Source of the DNA: Balanoglossus misakiensis
Taxonomy: Eukaryota; Animalia; Hemichordata
Direction of reading: 5' to 3'
Length of the DNA: 64,000 bases
NCBI GenBank assembly: GCA_040954595.2
Contig: CM082591.2
Coordinates: 10,557,309-10,621,308, forward strand
Shown: piece by piece, positions 12,960 through 25,900 of the stretch
How the letters are laid out: every line of letters starts with the position of its first letter
Numbering within the stretch: position 1 is the first letter of the stretch
Made by a program: the position numbers and the translations under genes
Notes under the pieces: model-generated
Told to the model about the DNA's origin: nothing
The model's input: only the letters and a program-made list of their open reading frames with translations
The model's database searches: none

Positions 12960-15900
12960 AAACTTTAGAACTATCCGTCGATCTACAGAGTCTAGTGGAA
13001 AACTTTCTGATGCGCATAGACCTATCATGTGTTCTGCGCATCACAACAGAATTTTGTAAACAAACGAGGCTGTGTTTGGAAGCAACCATGGAAACTTTAG
13101 AACTATCCGTCGTTCTACAGAGTCTAGAGGAAAACTTTCTTATCCTCATAGGCCTATAATGTGTTCTGCGCATCACAACAGAATTTTGTAAACAAACGAG
13201 GCTGTGTTTGGAAGCAACCATGGAAACTTTAGAACTATCCGTCGATCTACAGAGTCTAGTGGAAAATTTTCTTATCCTCATAGGCCTATCATGTGTTCTG
13301 CGCATCACAACAGAATTTTGTAAACAAACGAGGCTGTGTTTGGAAGCAACCATGGAAACTTTAGAACTATCCGTCGATCTACAGAGTCTAGTGGAAAACT
13401 TTTTTATCCTCATAGGCCTATCATGTGTTCTGCGCATCACAACAGAATTTTGTAAACAAACGAGGCTGTGTTTGGAAGCAACCATGGAAACTTTAGAACT
13501 ATCCGTCGATCTACAGAGTCTAGTGGAAAACTTTCTTATGCGCATAGACCTATCATGTGTTCTGCGCATCACAACAGAATGTTGTAAACAAACGAGGCTG
13601 TGTTTGGAAGCAACCATGGAAACTTAAGAACTATCCGTCGATCTACAGAGTCTAGTGGAAAACTTTCTTATCCTCATAGGCCTATCATGTGTTCTGCGCA
13701 TCACAACAGAATTTTGTAAACAAACGAGACTGTTTTTGGAAGCAACCATGGAAACTTTAGAACTATCCGTCGATCTACAGAGTCTAGTGGAAAACTTTTT
13801 TATCCTCATAGGCCTATCATGTGTTCTGCGCATCACAACAGAATTTTGTAAACAAACGAGGCTATGTTTGGAAGCAACCATGGAAACTTTAGAACTATCC
13901 GTCGATCTACAGAGTCTAGTGGAAAACTTTCTTATCCCCATAGGCCTATCATGTGTTTTGCGCATCACAACAGAATTTTGTAAATAAACGAGGGTGTGTT
14001 TGGAAGTAACCATGGAAACTTTAGAACTATCCGTCGATCTACAGAGTCTAGTGGAAAACTTTCTTATGCGCATAGACCTATCATGTGTTCTGCGCATCAC
14101 AACAGAATTTTGTAAACAAACGAGGCTGTGTTTAAAAGCAACCATGGAAACTTTAGAACTATCCGTCGATCTACAGAGTCTAGTGGAAAACTTTCTTATG
14201 CGCATAGGCCTATCATGTGTTCTGCGCATCACAACAGATTTCCTTAAATAAACGAGGCTGTGTTTGGAAGCATCCATGGAAATTTTAGAACTATCCGTCG
14301 ATCTACCGAGTTTATCAGAAAACTTTCTCATGCGCATAGGTCTATCGTGTTTTCTGCGCATCACAACAGATTTCCTCAAATAAACGAGGGTGTGTTTGGA
14401 AGCAACCATGGAAACTTTAGAACTATCCGTCGATCTACAGAGTCTAGTGGAAAACTTTCTCAGGTGCATAGACCTATCATGTGTTCTGCGCATCACAACA
14501 TAATTTCGTAAATAAACGAGGGTGTGTTTGGAAGCAACCATGGAAACTTAAGAACTATCCGTCGATCTACAGAGTCTAGTGGAAAACTTTCTTATGCGCA
14601 TAGACCTATCATGTGTTCTGCGCATCACAACAGAATTTTGTAAACAAACGAGGCTGTGTTTGGAAGCAACCATGGAAACTTTAGAACTATCCGTCGATCT
14701 ACAGAGTCTAGTGGAAAACTTTTTTATCCTCATAGGCCTATCATGTGTTCTGCGCATCACAACAGAATTTTGTAAACAAACGAGGCTGTGTTTGGAAGCA
14801 ACCATGGAAACTTTAGAACTATCCGTCGATCTACAGAGTCTAGTGGAAAACTTTCTTATCCTCATAGGCCTATCATGTGTTTTGCGCATCACAACAGAAT
14901 TTTGTAAACAAACGAGGCTGTGTTTGGAAGCAACCATGGAAACTTTAGAACTATCCGTCGATCTACAGAGTCTAGTGGAAAACTTTCTTATGCGCATAGG
15001 CCTATCATGTGTTCTGCGCATCACAACAGAATTTTGTAAACAAACGAGGCTGTGTTTGGAAGCAACCATGGAAACTTTAGAACTATCCGTCGATCTACAG
15101 AGTCTAGTGGAAAACTTTCTGATGCGCATAGACCTATCATGTGTTCTGCGCATCACAACAGAATTTTGTAAACAAACGAGGCTGTGTTTGGAAGCAACCA
15201 TGGAAACTTTAGAACTATCCGTCGTTCTACAGAGTCTAGAGGAAAACTTTCTTATCCTCATAGGCCTATAATGTGTTCTGCGCATCACAACAGAATTTTG
15301 TAAACAAACGAGGCTGTGTTTGGAAGCAACCATGGAAACTTTAGAACTATCCGTCGATCTACAGAGTCTAGAGGAAAATTTTCTTATCCTCATAGGCCTA
15401 TCATGTGTTCTGCGCATCACAACAGAATTTTGTAAACAAACGAGGCTGTGTTTGGAAGCAACCATGGAAACTTTAGAACTATCCGTCGATCTACAGAGTC
15501 TAGTGGAAAACTTTTTTATCCTCATAGGCCTATCATGTGTTCTGCGCATCACAACAGAATTTTGTAAACAAACGAGGCTGTGTTTGGAAGCAACCATGGA
15601 AACTTTAGAACTATCCGTCGATCTACAGAGTCTAGTGGAAAACTTTCTTATGCGCATAGACCTATCATGTGTTCTGCGCATCACAACAGAATGTTGTAAA
15701 CAAACGAGGCTGTGTTTGGAAGCAACCATGGAAACTTAAGAACTATCCGTCGATCTACAGAGTCTAGTGGAAAACTTTCTTATCCTCATAGGCCTATCAT
15801 GTGTTCTGCGCATCACAACAGAATTTTGTAAACAAACGAGACTGTTTTTGGAAGCAACCATGGAAACTTTAGAACTATCCGTCGATCTACAGAGTCTAGT

Positions 15901-16660
15901 GGAAAACTTTTTTATCCTCATAGGCCTATCATGTGTTCTGCGCATCACAACAGAATTTTGTAAACAAACGAGGCTATGTTTGGAAGCAACCATGGAAACT
16001 TTAGAACTATCCGTCGATCTACAGAGTCTAGTGGAAAACTTTCTTATCCCCATAGGCCTATCATGTGTTTTGCGCATCACAACAGAATTTTGTAAATAAA
16101 CGAGGGTGTGTTTGGAAGCTACCATGGAAACTTTAGAACTATCCGTCGATCTACAGAGTCTAGTGGAAAACTTTCTTATGCGCATAGACCTATCATGTGT
16201 TCTGCGCATCACAACAGAATTTTGTAAACAAACGAGGCTGTGTTTAAAAGCAACCATGGAAACTTTAGAACTATCCGTCGATCTACAGAGTCTAGTGGAA
16301 AACTTTCTTATGCGCATAGGCCTATCATGTGTTCTGCGCATCACAACAGATTTCCTTAAATAAACGAGGCTGTGTTTGGAAGCATCCATGGAAATTTTAG
16401 AACTATCCGTCGATCTACCGAGTTTATCAGAAAACTTTCTCATGCGCATAGGTCTATCGTGTTTTCTGCGCATCACAACAGATTTCCTCAAATAAACGAG
16501 GGTGTGTTTGGAAGCAACCATGGAAACTTTAGAACTATCCGTCGATCTACAGAGTCTAGTGGAAAACTTTCTCAGGTGCATAGACCTATCATGTGTTCTG
16601 CGCATCACAACATAATTTTGTAAATAAACGAGGGTGTGTTTGGAAGCAACCATGGAAACT
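12960..16660. repeat. ~12-monomer block duplicated at 2112-bp (16-monomer) offset, containing the diverged cassette
   Basis: Private variants (TCTGATG, AATGTTG, GACTGTTTTT, GCTATG, ATCCCCA, diverged cassette) repeat at +2112. ORF offsets 13208->15320, 13624->15736 and 14260->16372. Confidence 0.85.
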
Positions 16661-17079
16661 TTAGAACTATCCGTCGATCTACAGAGTCTAGTGGAAAACT
16701 TTCTTATGCGCATAGACCTATCATGTGTTCTGCGCATCACAACAGAATTTTGTAAACAAACGAGGCTGTGTTTAAAAGCAACCATGGAAACTTTAGAACT
16801 ATCCGTCGATCTACAGAGCCTAGTGGAAAACTTTCTTATCCTCATAGGCCTATCGTGTGTTCTGCGCATCACAACAGAATTTTGTAAACAAACGAGGCTG
16901 TGTTTGGAAGCAACCATGGAAACTTTAGAACTATCCGTCGATCTACAGAGTCTAGTGGAAAACTTTTTTATCCTCATAGGCCTATCATGTGTTCTGCGCA
17001 TCACAACAGAATTTTGTAAACAAACGAGGCTGTGTTTGGAAGCAACCATGGAAACTTTAGAACTAACCGTCGATCTACA

Positions 17080-20000
17080 GAGTCTAGTGGAAAACTTTCT
17101 TATCCTCATAGGCCTATCATGTGTTTTGCGCATCACAACAGAATTTTGTAAATAAACGAGGGTGTGTTTGGAAGCAACCATGGAAACTTTAGAACTATCC
17201 GTCGATCTACAGAGTCTAGTGGAAAACTTTCTTATGCGCATAGACCTATCATGTGTTCTGCACATCACAACAGAATTTTGTAAACAAACAAGGCTGTGTT
17301 TAAAAGCAACCATGGAAACTTTAGAACTATCCGTCGATCTACAGAGTCTAGTGGAAAACTTTTTATCCTCATAGACCTATCATGTGTTCTGCGCATCACA
17401 ACAGAATTTTGTAAACAAACGAGGCTGTGTTTGGAAGCAACCATGGAAACTTTAGAACTATCCGTCGTTCTACAGAGTCTAGAGGAAAACTTTCTTATCC
17501 TCATAGGCCTATCATGTGTTCTGCGCATCACAACAGAATTTTGTAAACAAACGAGGCTGTGTTTGGAAGCAACCATGGAAACTTTAGAACTATCCGTCGA
17601 TCTACAGAGTCTAGTGGAAAACTTTCTTATCCTCATAGGCCTATCATGTGTTCTGCGCATCACAACAGAATTTTGTAAACAAACGAGGCTGTGTTTGGAA
17701 GCAACAATGGAAACTTTAGAACTATCCGTCGATCTACAGAGTCTAGTGGAAAACTTTCTCAGGTGCATAGACCTATCATGTGTTCTGCGCATCACAAGAT
17801 AATTTTGTAAATAAACGAGGGAGTGTTTGGAAGCAACCATGGAAACTTTAGAACTATCCGTCGATCTACAGAGTCTAGTGGAAAACTTTCTTATGCGCAT
17901 AGACCTATCATGTGTTCTGCGCATCACAACAGAATTTTGTAAACAAACGAGGCTGTGTTTAAAAGCAACCATGGAAACTTTAGAACTATCCGTCGATCTA
18001 CAGAGTCTAGTGGAAAACTTTCTTATCCTCATAGGCCTATCATGTGTTTTGCGCATCACAACAGAATTTTGTAAATAAACGAGGGTGTGTTTGGAAGCAA
18101 CCATGGAAACTTTAGAACTATCTGTCGATCTACAGAGTCTAGTGGAAAACTTTCTTATGCGCATAGACCTATCATGTGTTCTGCACATCACAACAGAATT
18201 TTGTAAACAAACAAGGCTGTGTTTAAAAGCAACCATGGAAATTTTAGAACTATCCGTCGATCTACAGAGTCTAGTGGAAAACTTTTTATCCTCATAGACC
18301 TATCATGTGTTCTGCGCATCACAACAGAATTTTGTAAACAAACGAGGCTGTGTTTGGAAGCAACCATGGAAACTTTAGAACTATCCGTCGTTCTACAGAG
18401 TCTAGAGGAAAACTTTCTTATCCTCATAGGCCTATCATGTGTTCTGCGCATCACAACAGAATTTTGTAAACAAACGAGGCTGTGTTTGGAAGCAACCATG
18501 GAAACTTTAGAACTATCCGTCGATCTACAGAGTCTAGTGGAAAACTTTCTTATCCTCATAGGCCTATCATGTGTTCTGCGCATCACAACAGAATTTTGTA
18601 AACAAACGAGGCTGTGTTTGGAAGCAACAATGGAAACTTTAGAACTATCCGTCGATCTACAGAGTCTAGTGGAAAACTGTCTTATCCTCATAGGCCTATC
18701 ATGTGTTCTGCGCATCACAACAGAATTTTGTAAACAAACGAGGCTGTGTTTGGAAGCAACCATGGAAACTTTAGAACTATCCGTCGATCTACAGAGTCTA
18801 GTGGAAAACTTTCGTATCCTTATAGGCCTATCATGTGTTCTGCGCATCACAACAGAATTTTGTAAACAAACGAGGCTGTGTTTGGAAGCAACCATGGAAA
18901 CTTTAGAACTATCCGTCGATCTACAGAGTCTATACTAGTGGAAAACTTTCTTATGTGCATAGGCCTATCATGTGTTCTGCGCATCACAACAGATTTCCTT
19001 AAATAAACGAGGCTGTGTTTGGAAGCATCCATGGAAATTTTAGAACTATCCGTCGATCTACCGAGTTTATCAAAAAACTTTCTCATGCGCATAGGTCTAT
19101 CGTGTTTTCTGCGCATCACAACAGATTTCCTCAAATAAACGAGGGTGTGTTTGGAAGCAACCATGGAAACTTTAGAACTATCCGTCGATCTACAGAGTCT
19201 AGTGGAAAACTTTCTCAGGTGCATAGACCTATCATGTGTTCTGCGCATCACAACATAATTTTGTAAATAAACGAGGGAGTGTTTGGAAGCAACCATGGAA
19301 ACTTTAGAACTATCCGTCGATCTACAGAGTCTAGTGGAAAACTTTCTTATGCGCATAGACCTATCATGTGTTCTGCGCATCACAACAGAATTTTGTAAAC
19401 AAACGAGGCTGTGTTTAAAAGCAACCATGGAAACTTTAGAACTATCCGTCGATCTACAGAGTCTAGTGGAAAACTTTCTTATCCACATAGGCCTATCATG
19501 TGTTCTGCGCATCACAACAGAATTTTGTAAACAAACGAGGCTGTGTTTGGAAGCAACCATGGAAACTTTAGAACTATCCGTCGATCTACAGAGTCTAGTG
19601 GAAAACTTTTTTATCCTCATAGGCCTATCATGTGTTCTGCGCATCACAACAGAATTTTGTAAACAAACGAGGCTGTGTTTGGAAGCAACCATGGAAACTT
19701 TAGAACTATCCGTCGATCTACAGAGTCTAGTGGAAAACTTTCTTATCCTCATAGGCCTATCATATGTTCTGCGCATCACAACAGAATTTTGTAAACAAAC
19801 GAGGCTGTGTTTGGAAGCAACCATGGAAACTTTAGAACTATCCGTCGATCTACAGAGTCTAGTGGAAAACTTTCTTATGCGCATAGACCTATCATGTGTT
19901 CTGCACATCACAACAGAATTTTGTAAACAAACGAGGCTGTGTTTGGAAGCAACCATGGAAACTTTAGAACTATCCGTCGTTCTACAGAGTCTAGAGGAAA

Positions 20001-23000
20001 ACTTTCTTATCCTCATAGGCCTATCATGTGTTCTGCGCATCACAACAGAATTTTGTAAACAAACGAGGCTGTGTTTGGAAGCAACCATGGAAACTTTAGA
20101 ACTATCCGTCGATCTACAGAGTCTAGTGGAAAACTTTCTTATGCGCATAGACCTATCATGTGTTCTGCGCATCACAACAGAATTTTGTAAACAAACGAGG
20201 CTGTGTTTAAAAGCAACCATGGAAACTTTAGAACTATCCGTCGATCTACAGAGTCTAGTGGAAAACTTTCTTATCCACATAGGCCTATCATGTGTTCTGC
20301 GCATCACAACAGAATTTTGTAAACAAACGAGGCTGTGTTTAAAAGCAACCATGGAAACTTTAGAACTATCCGTCGATCTACAGAGTCTAGTGGAAAACTT
20401 TCTTATCCTCATAGGCCTATCATGTGTTTTGCGCATCACAACAGAATTTTGTAAATAAACGAGGGTGTGTTTGGAAGCAACCATGGAAACTTTAGAACTA
20501 TCTGTCGATCTACAGAGTCTAGTGGAAAACTTTCTTATGCGCATAGACCTATCATGTGTTCTGCACATCACAACAGAATTTTGTAAACAAACAAGGCTGT
20601 GTTTAAAAGCAACCATGGAAACTTTAGAACTATCCGTCGATCTACAGAGTCTAGTGGAAAACTTTTTATCCTCATAGACCTATCATGTGTTCTGCGCATC
20701 ACAACAGAATTTTGTAAACAAACGAGGCTGTGTTTGGAAGCAACCATGGAAACTTTAGAACTATCCGTCGTTCTACAGAGTCTAGAGGAAAACTTTCTTA
20801 TCCTCATAGGCCTATCATGTGTTCTGCGCATCACAACAGAATTTTGTAAACAAATGAGGCTGTGTTTGGAAGCAACCATGGAAACTTTAGAACTATCCGT
20901 CGATCTACAGAGTCTAGTGGAAAACTTTCTTATCCTCATAGGCCTATCATGTGTTCTGCGCATCACAACAGAATTTTGTAAACAAACGAGGCTGTGTTTG
21001 GAAGCAACAATGGAAACTTTAGAACTATCCGTCGATCTACAGAGTCTAGTGGAAAACTGTCTTATCCTCATAGGCCTATCATGTGTTCTGCGCATCACAA
21101 CAGAATTTTGTAAACAAACGAGGCTGTGTTTGGAAGCAACCATGGAAACTTTAGAACTATCCGTCGATCTACAGAGTCTAGTGGAAAACTTTCGTATCCT
21201 TATAGGCCTATCATGTGTTCTGCGCATCACAACAGAATTTTGTAAACAAACGAGGCTGTGTTTGGAAGCAACCATGGAAACTTTAGAACTATCCGTCGAT
21301 CTACAGAGTCTATACTAGTGGAAAACTTTCTTATGTGCATAGGCCTATCATGTGTTCTGCGCATCACAACAGATTTCCTTAAATAAACGAGGCTGTGTTT
21401 GGAAGCATCCATGGAAATTTTAGAACTATCCGTCGATCTACCGAGTTTATCAAAAAACTTTCTCATGCGCATAGGTCTATCGTGTTTTCTGCGCATCACA
21501 ACAGATTTCCTCAAATAAACGAGGGTGTGTTTAGAAGCAACCATGGAAACTTTAGAACTATCCGTCGATCTACAGAGTCTAGTGGAAAACTTTCGTATCC
21601 TTATAGGCCTATCATGTGTTCTGCGCATCACAACAGAATTTTGTAAACAAACGAGGCTGTGTTTGGAAGCAACCATGGAAACTTTAGAACTATCCGTCGA
21701 TCTACAGAGTCTATACTAGTGGAAAACTTTCTTATGTGCATAGGCCTATCATGTGTTCTGCGCATCACAACAGATTTCCTTAAATAAACGAGGCTGTGTT
21801 TGGAAGCATCCATGGAAATTTTAGAACTATCCGTCGATCTACCGAGTTTATCAAAAAACTTTCTCATGCGCATAGGTCTATCGTGTTTTCTGCGCATCAC
21901 AACAGATTTCCTCAAATAAACGAGGGTGTGTTTGGAAGCAACCATGGAAACTTTAGAACTATCCGTCGATCTACAGAGTCTAGTGGAAAACTTTCTCAGG
22001 TGCATAGACCTATCATGTGTTCTGCGCATCACAACATAATTTTGTAAATAAACGAGGGAGTGTTTGGAAGCAACCATGGAAACTTTAGAACTATCCGTCG
22101 ATCTACAGAGTCTAGTGGAAAACTTTCTTATGCGCATAGACCTATCATGTGTTCTGCGCATCACAACAGAATTTTGTAAACAAACGAGGCTGTGTTTAAA
22201 AGCAACCATGGAAACTTTAGAACTATCCGTCGATCTACAGAGTCTAGTGGAAAACTTTCTTATCCACATAGGCCTATCATGTGTTCTGCGCATCACAACA
22301 GAATTTTGTAAACAAACGAGGCTGTGTTTGGAAGCAACCATGGAAACTTTAGAACTATCCGTCGATCTACAGAGTCTAGTGGAAAACTTTTTTATCCTCA
22401 TAGGCCTATCATGTGTTCTGCGCATCACAACAGAATTTTGTAAACAAACGAGGCTGTGTTTGGAAGCAACCATGGAAACTTTAGAACTATCCGTCGATCT
22501 ACAGAGTCTAGTGGAAAACTTTCTTATCCTCATAGGCCTATCATATGTTCTGCGCATCACAACAGAATTTTGTAAACAAACGAGGCTGTGTTTGGAAGCA
22601 ACCATGGAAACTTTAGAACTATCCGTCGATCTACAGAGTCTAGTGGAAAACTTTCTTATGCGCATAGACCTATCATGTGTTCTGCACATCACAACAGAAT
22701 TTTGTAAACAAACGAGGCTGTGTTTGGAAGCAACCATGGAAACTTTAGAACTATCCGTCGTTCTACAGAGTCTAGAGGAAAACTTTCTTATCCTCATAGG
22801 CCTATCATGTGTTCTGCGCATCACAACAGAATTTTGTAAACAAACGAGGCTGTGTTTGGAAGCAACCATGGAAACTTTAGAACTATCCGTCGATCTACAG
22901 AGTCTAGTGGAAAACTTTCTTATGCGCATAGACCTATCATGTGTTCTGCGCATCACAACAGAATTTTGTAAACAAACGAGGCTGTGTTTAAAAGCAACCA

Positions 23001-25900
23001 TGGAAACTTTAGAACTATCCGTCGATCTACAGAGTCTAGTGGAAAACTTTCTTATCCACATAGGCCTATCATGTGTTCTGCGCATCACAACAGAATTTTG
23101 TAAACAAACGAGGCTGTGTTTGGAAGCAACCATGGAAACTTTAGAACTATCCGTCGATCTACAGAGTCTAGTGGAAAACTTTTTTATCCTCATAGGCCTA
23201 TCATGTGTTCTGCGCATCACAACAGAATTTTGTAAACAAACGAGGCTGTGTTTGGAAGCAACCATGGAAACTTTAGAACTATCCGTCGATTTACAGAGTC
23301 TAGTGGAAAACTTTCTTATCCTCATAGGCCTATCATGTGTTCTGCGCATCACAACAGAATTTTGTAAACAAACGAGGCTGTGTTTGGAAGCAACCATGGA
23401 AACTTTAGAACTATCCGTCGATCTACAGAGTCTAGTGGAAAACTTTCTTATGCGCATAGACCTATCATGTGTTCTGCACATCACAACAGAATTTTGTAAA
23501 CAAACGAGGCTGTGTTTGGAAGCAACCATGGAAACTTTAGAACTATCCGTCGATCTACAGAGTCTAGTGGAAAACTTTCGTATCCTTATAGGCCTATCAT
23601 GTGTTCTGCGCATCACAACAGAATTTTGTAAACAAACGAGGCTGTGTTTGGAAGCAACCATGGAAACTTTAGAACTATCCGTCGATCTACAGAGTCTATA
23701 CTAGTGGAAAACTTTCTTATGTGCATAGGCCTATCATGTGTTCTGCGCATCACAACAGATTTCCTTAAATAAACGAGGCTGTGTTTGGAAGCATCCATGG
23801 AAATTTTAGAACTATCCGTCGATCTACCGAGTTTATCAAAAAACTTTCTCATGCGCATAGGTCTATCGTGTTTTCTGCGCATCACAACAGATTTCCTCAA
23901 ATAAACGAGGGTGTGTTTAGAAGCAACCATGGAAACTTTAGAACTATCCGTCGATCTACAGAGTCTAGTGGAAAACTTTCGTATCCTTATAGGCCTATCA
24001 TGTGTTCTGCGCATCACAACAGAATTTTGTAAACAAACGAGGCTGTGTTTGGAAGCAACCATGGAAACTTTAGAACTATCCGTCGATCTACAGAGTCTAT
24101 ACTAGTGGAAAACTTTCTTATGTGCATAGGCCTATCATGTGTTCTGCGCATCACAACAGATTTCCTTAAATAAACGAGGCTGTGTTTGGAAGCATCCATG
24201 GAAATTTTAGAACTATCCGTCGATCTACCGAGTTTATCAAAAAACTTTCTCATGCGCATAGGTCTATCGTGTTTTCTGCGCATCACAACAGATTTCCTCA
24301 AATAAACGAGGGTGTGTTTGGAAGCAACCATGGAAACTTTAGAACTATCCGTCGATCTACAGAGTCTAGTGGAAAACTTTCTCAGGTGCATAGACCTATC
24401 ATGTGTTCTGCGCATCACAACATAATTTTGTAAATAAACGAGGGAGTGTTTGGAAGCAACCATGGAAACTTTAGAACTATCCGTCGATCTACAGAGTCTA
24501 GTGGAAAACTTTCTTATGCGCATAGACCTATCATGTGTTCTGCGCATCACAACAGAATTTTGTAAACAAACGAGGCTGTGTTTAAAAGCAACCATGGAAA
24601 CTTTAGAACTATCCGTCGATCTACAGAGTCTAGTGGAAAACTTTCTTATCCACATAGGCCTATCATGTGTTCTGCGCATCACAACAGAATTTTGTAAACA
24701 AACGAGGCTGTGTTTGGAAGCAACCATGGAAACTTTAGAACTATCCGTCGATCTACAGAGTCTAGTGGAAAACTTTTTTATCCTCATAGGCCTATCATGT
24801 GTTCTGCGCATCACAACAGAATTTTGTAAACAAACGAGGCTGTGTTTGGAAGCAACCATGGAAACTTTAGAACTATCCGTCGATCTACAGAGTCTAGTGG
24901 AAAACTTTCTTATCCTCATAGGCCTATCATATGTTCTGCGCATCACAACAGAATTTTGTAAACAAACGAGGCTGTGTTTGGAAGCAACCATGGAAACTTT
25001 AGAACTATCCGTCGATCTACAGAGTCTAGTGGAAAACTTTCTTATGCGCATAGACCTATCATGTGTTCTGCACATCACAACAGAATTTTGTAAACAAACG
25101 AGGCTGTGTTTGGAAGCAACCATGGAAACTTTAGAACTATCCGTCGTTCTACAGAGTCTAGAGGAAAACTTTCTTATCCTCATAGGCCTATCATGTGTTC
25201 TGCGCATCACAACAGAATTTTGTAAACAAACGAGGCTGTGTTTGGAAGCAACCATGGAAACTTTAGAACTATCCGTCGATCTACAGAGTCTAGTGGAAAA
25301 CTTTCTTATGCGCATAGACCTATCATGTGTTCTGCGCATCACAACAGAATTTTGTAAACAAACGAGGCTGTGTTTAAAAGCAACCATGGAAACTTTAGAA
25401 CTATCCGTCGATCTACAGAGTCTAGTGGAAAACTTTCTTATCCACATAGGCCTATCATGTGTTCTGCGCATCACAACAGAATTTTGTAAACAAACGAGGC
25501 TGTGTTTGGAAGCAACCATGGAAACTTTAGAACTATCCGTCGATCTACAGAGTCTAGTGGAAAACTTTTTTATCCTCATAGGCCTATCATGTGTTCTGCG
25601 CATCACAACAGAATTTTGTAAACAAACGAGGCTGTGTTTGGAAGCAACCATGGAAACTTTAGAACTATCCGTCGATTTACAGAGTCTAGTGGAAAACTTT
25701 CTTATCCTCATAGGCCTATCATGTGTTCTGCGCATCACAACAGAATTTTGTAAACAAACGAGGCTGTGTTTGGAAGCAACCATGGAAACTTTAGAACTAT
25801 CCGTCGATCTACAGAGTCTAGTGGAAAACTTTCTTATGCGCATAGACCTATCATGTGTTCTGCACATCACAACAGAATTTTGTAAACAAACGAGGCTGTG
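17080..25900. repeat. Nested HORs: 7-mer (923 bp), 18-mers (2380 and 2386 bp), 3-mer (401 bp), 6-mer (792 bp)
   Basis: 17162->18085 = 923 (7x132-1); 18085->20465 and 18847->21227 = 2380 (18x132+5-1); 21227->23613 and 22064->24450 = 2386 (18x132+10); 21227->21628 and 23613->24014 = 401 (3x132+5). TTTAAAAGC/ATCCACA markers repeat at +792 (19411->20203). Confidence 0.85.

Noticed and set aside
14260-24433. 83-aa ORFs (MFGSIHGNFRT...) over the diverged cassette
   Set aside because: This is a third-frame read-through created by loss of one TAA in diverged monomers. It is still satellite sequence.
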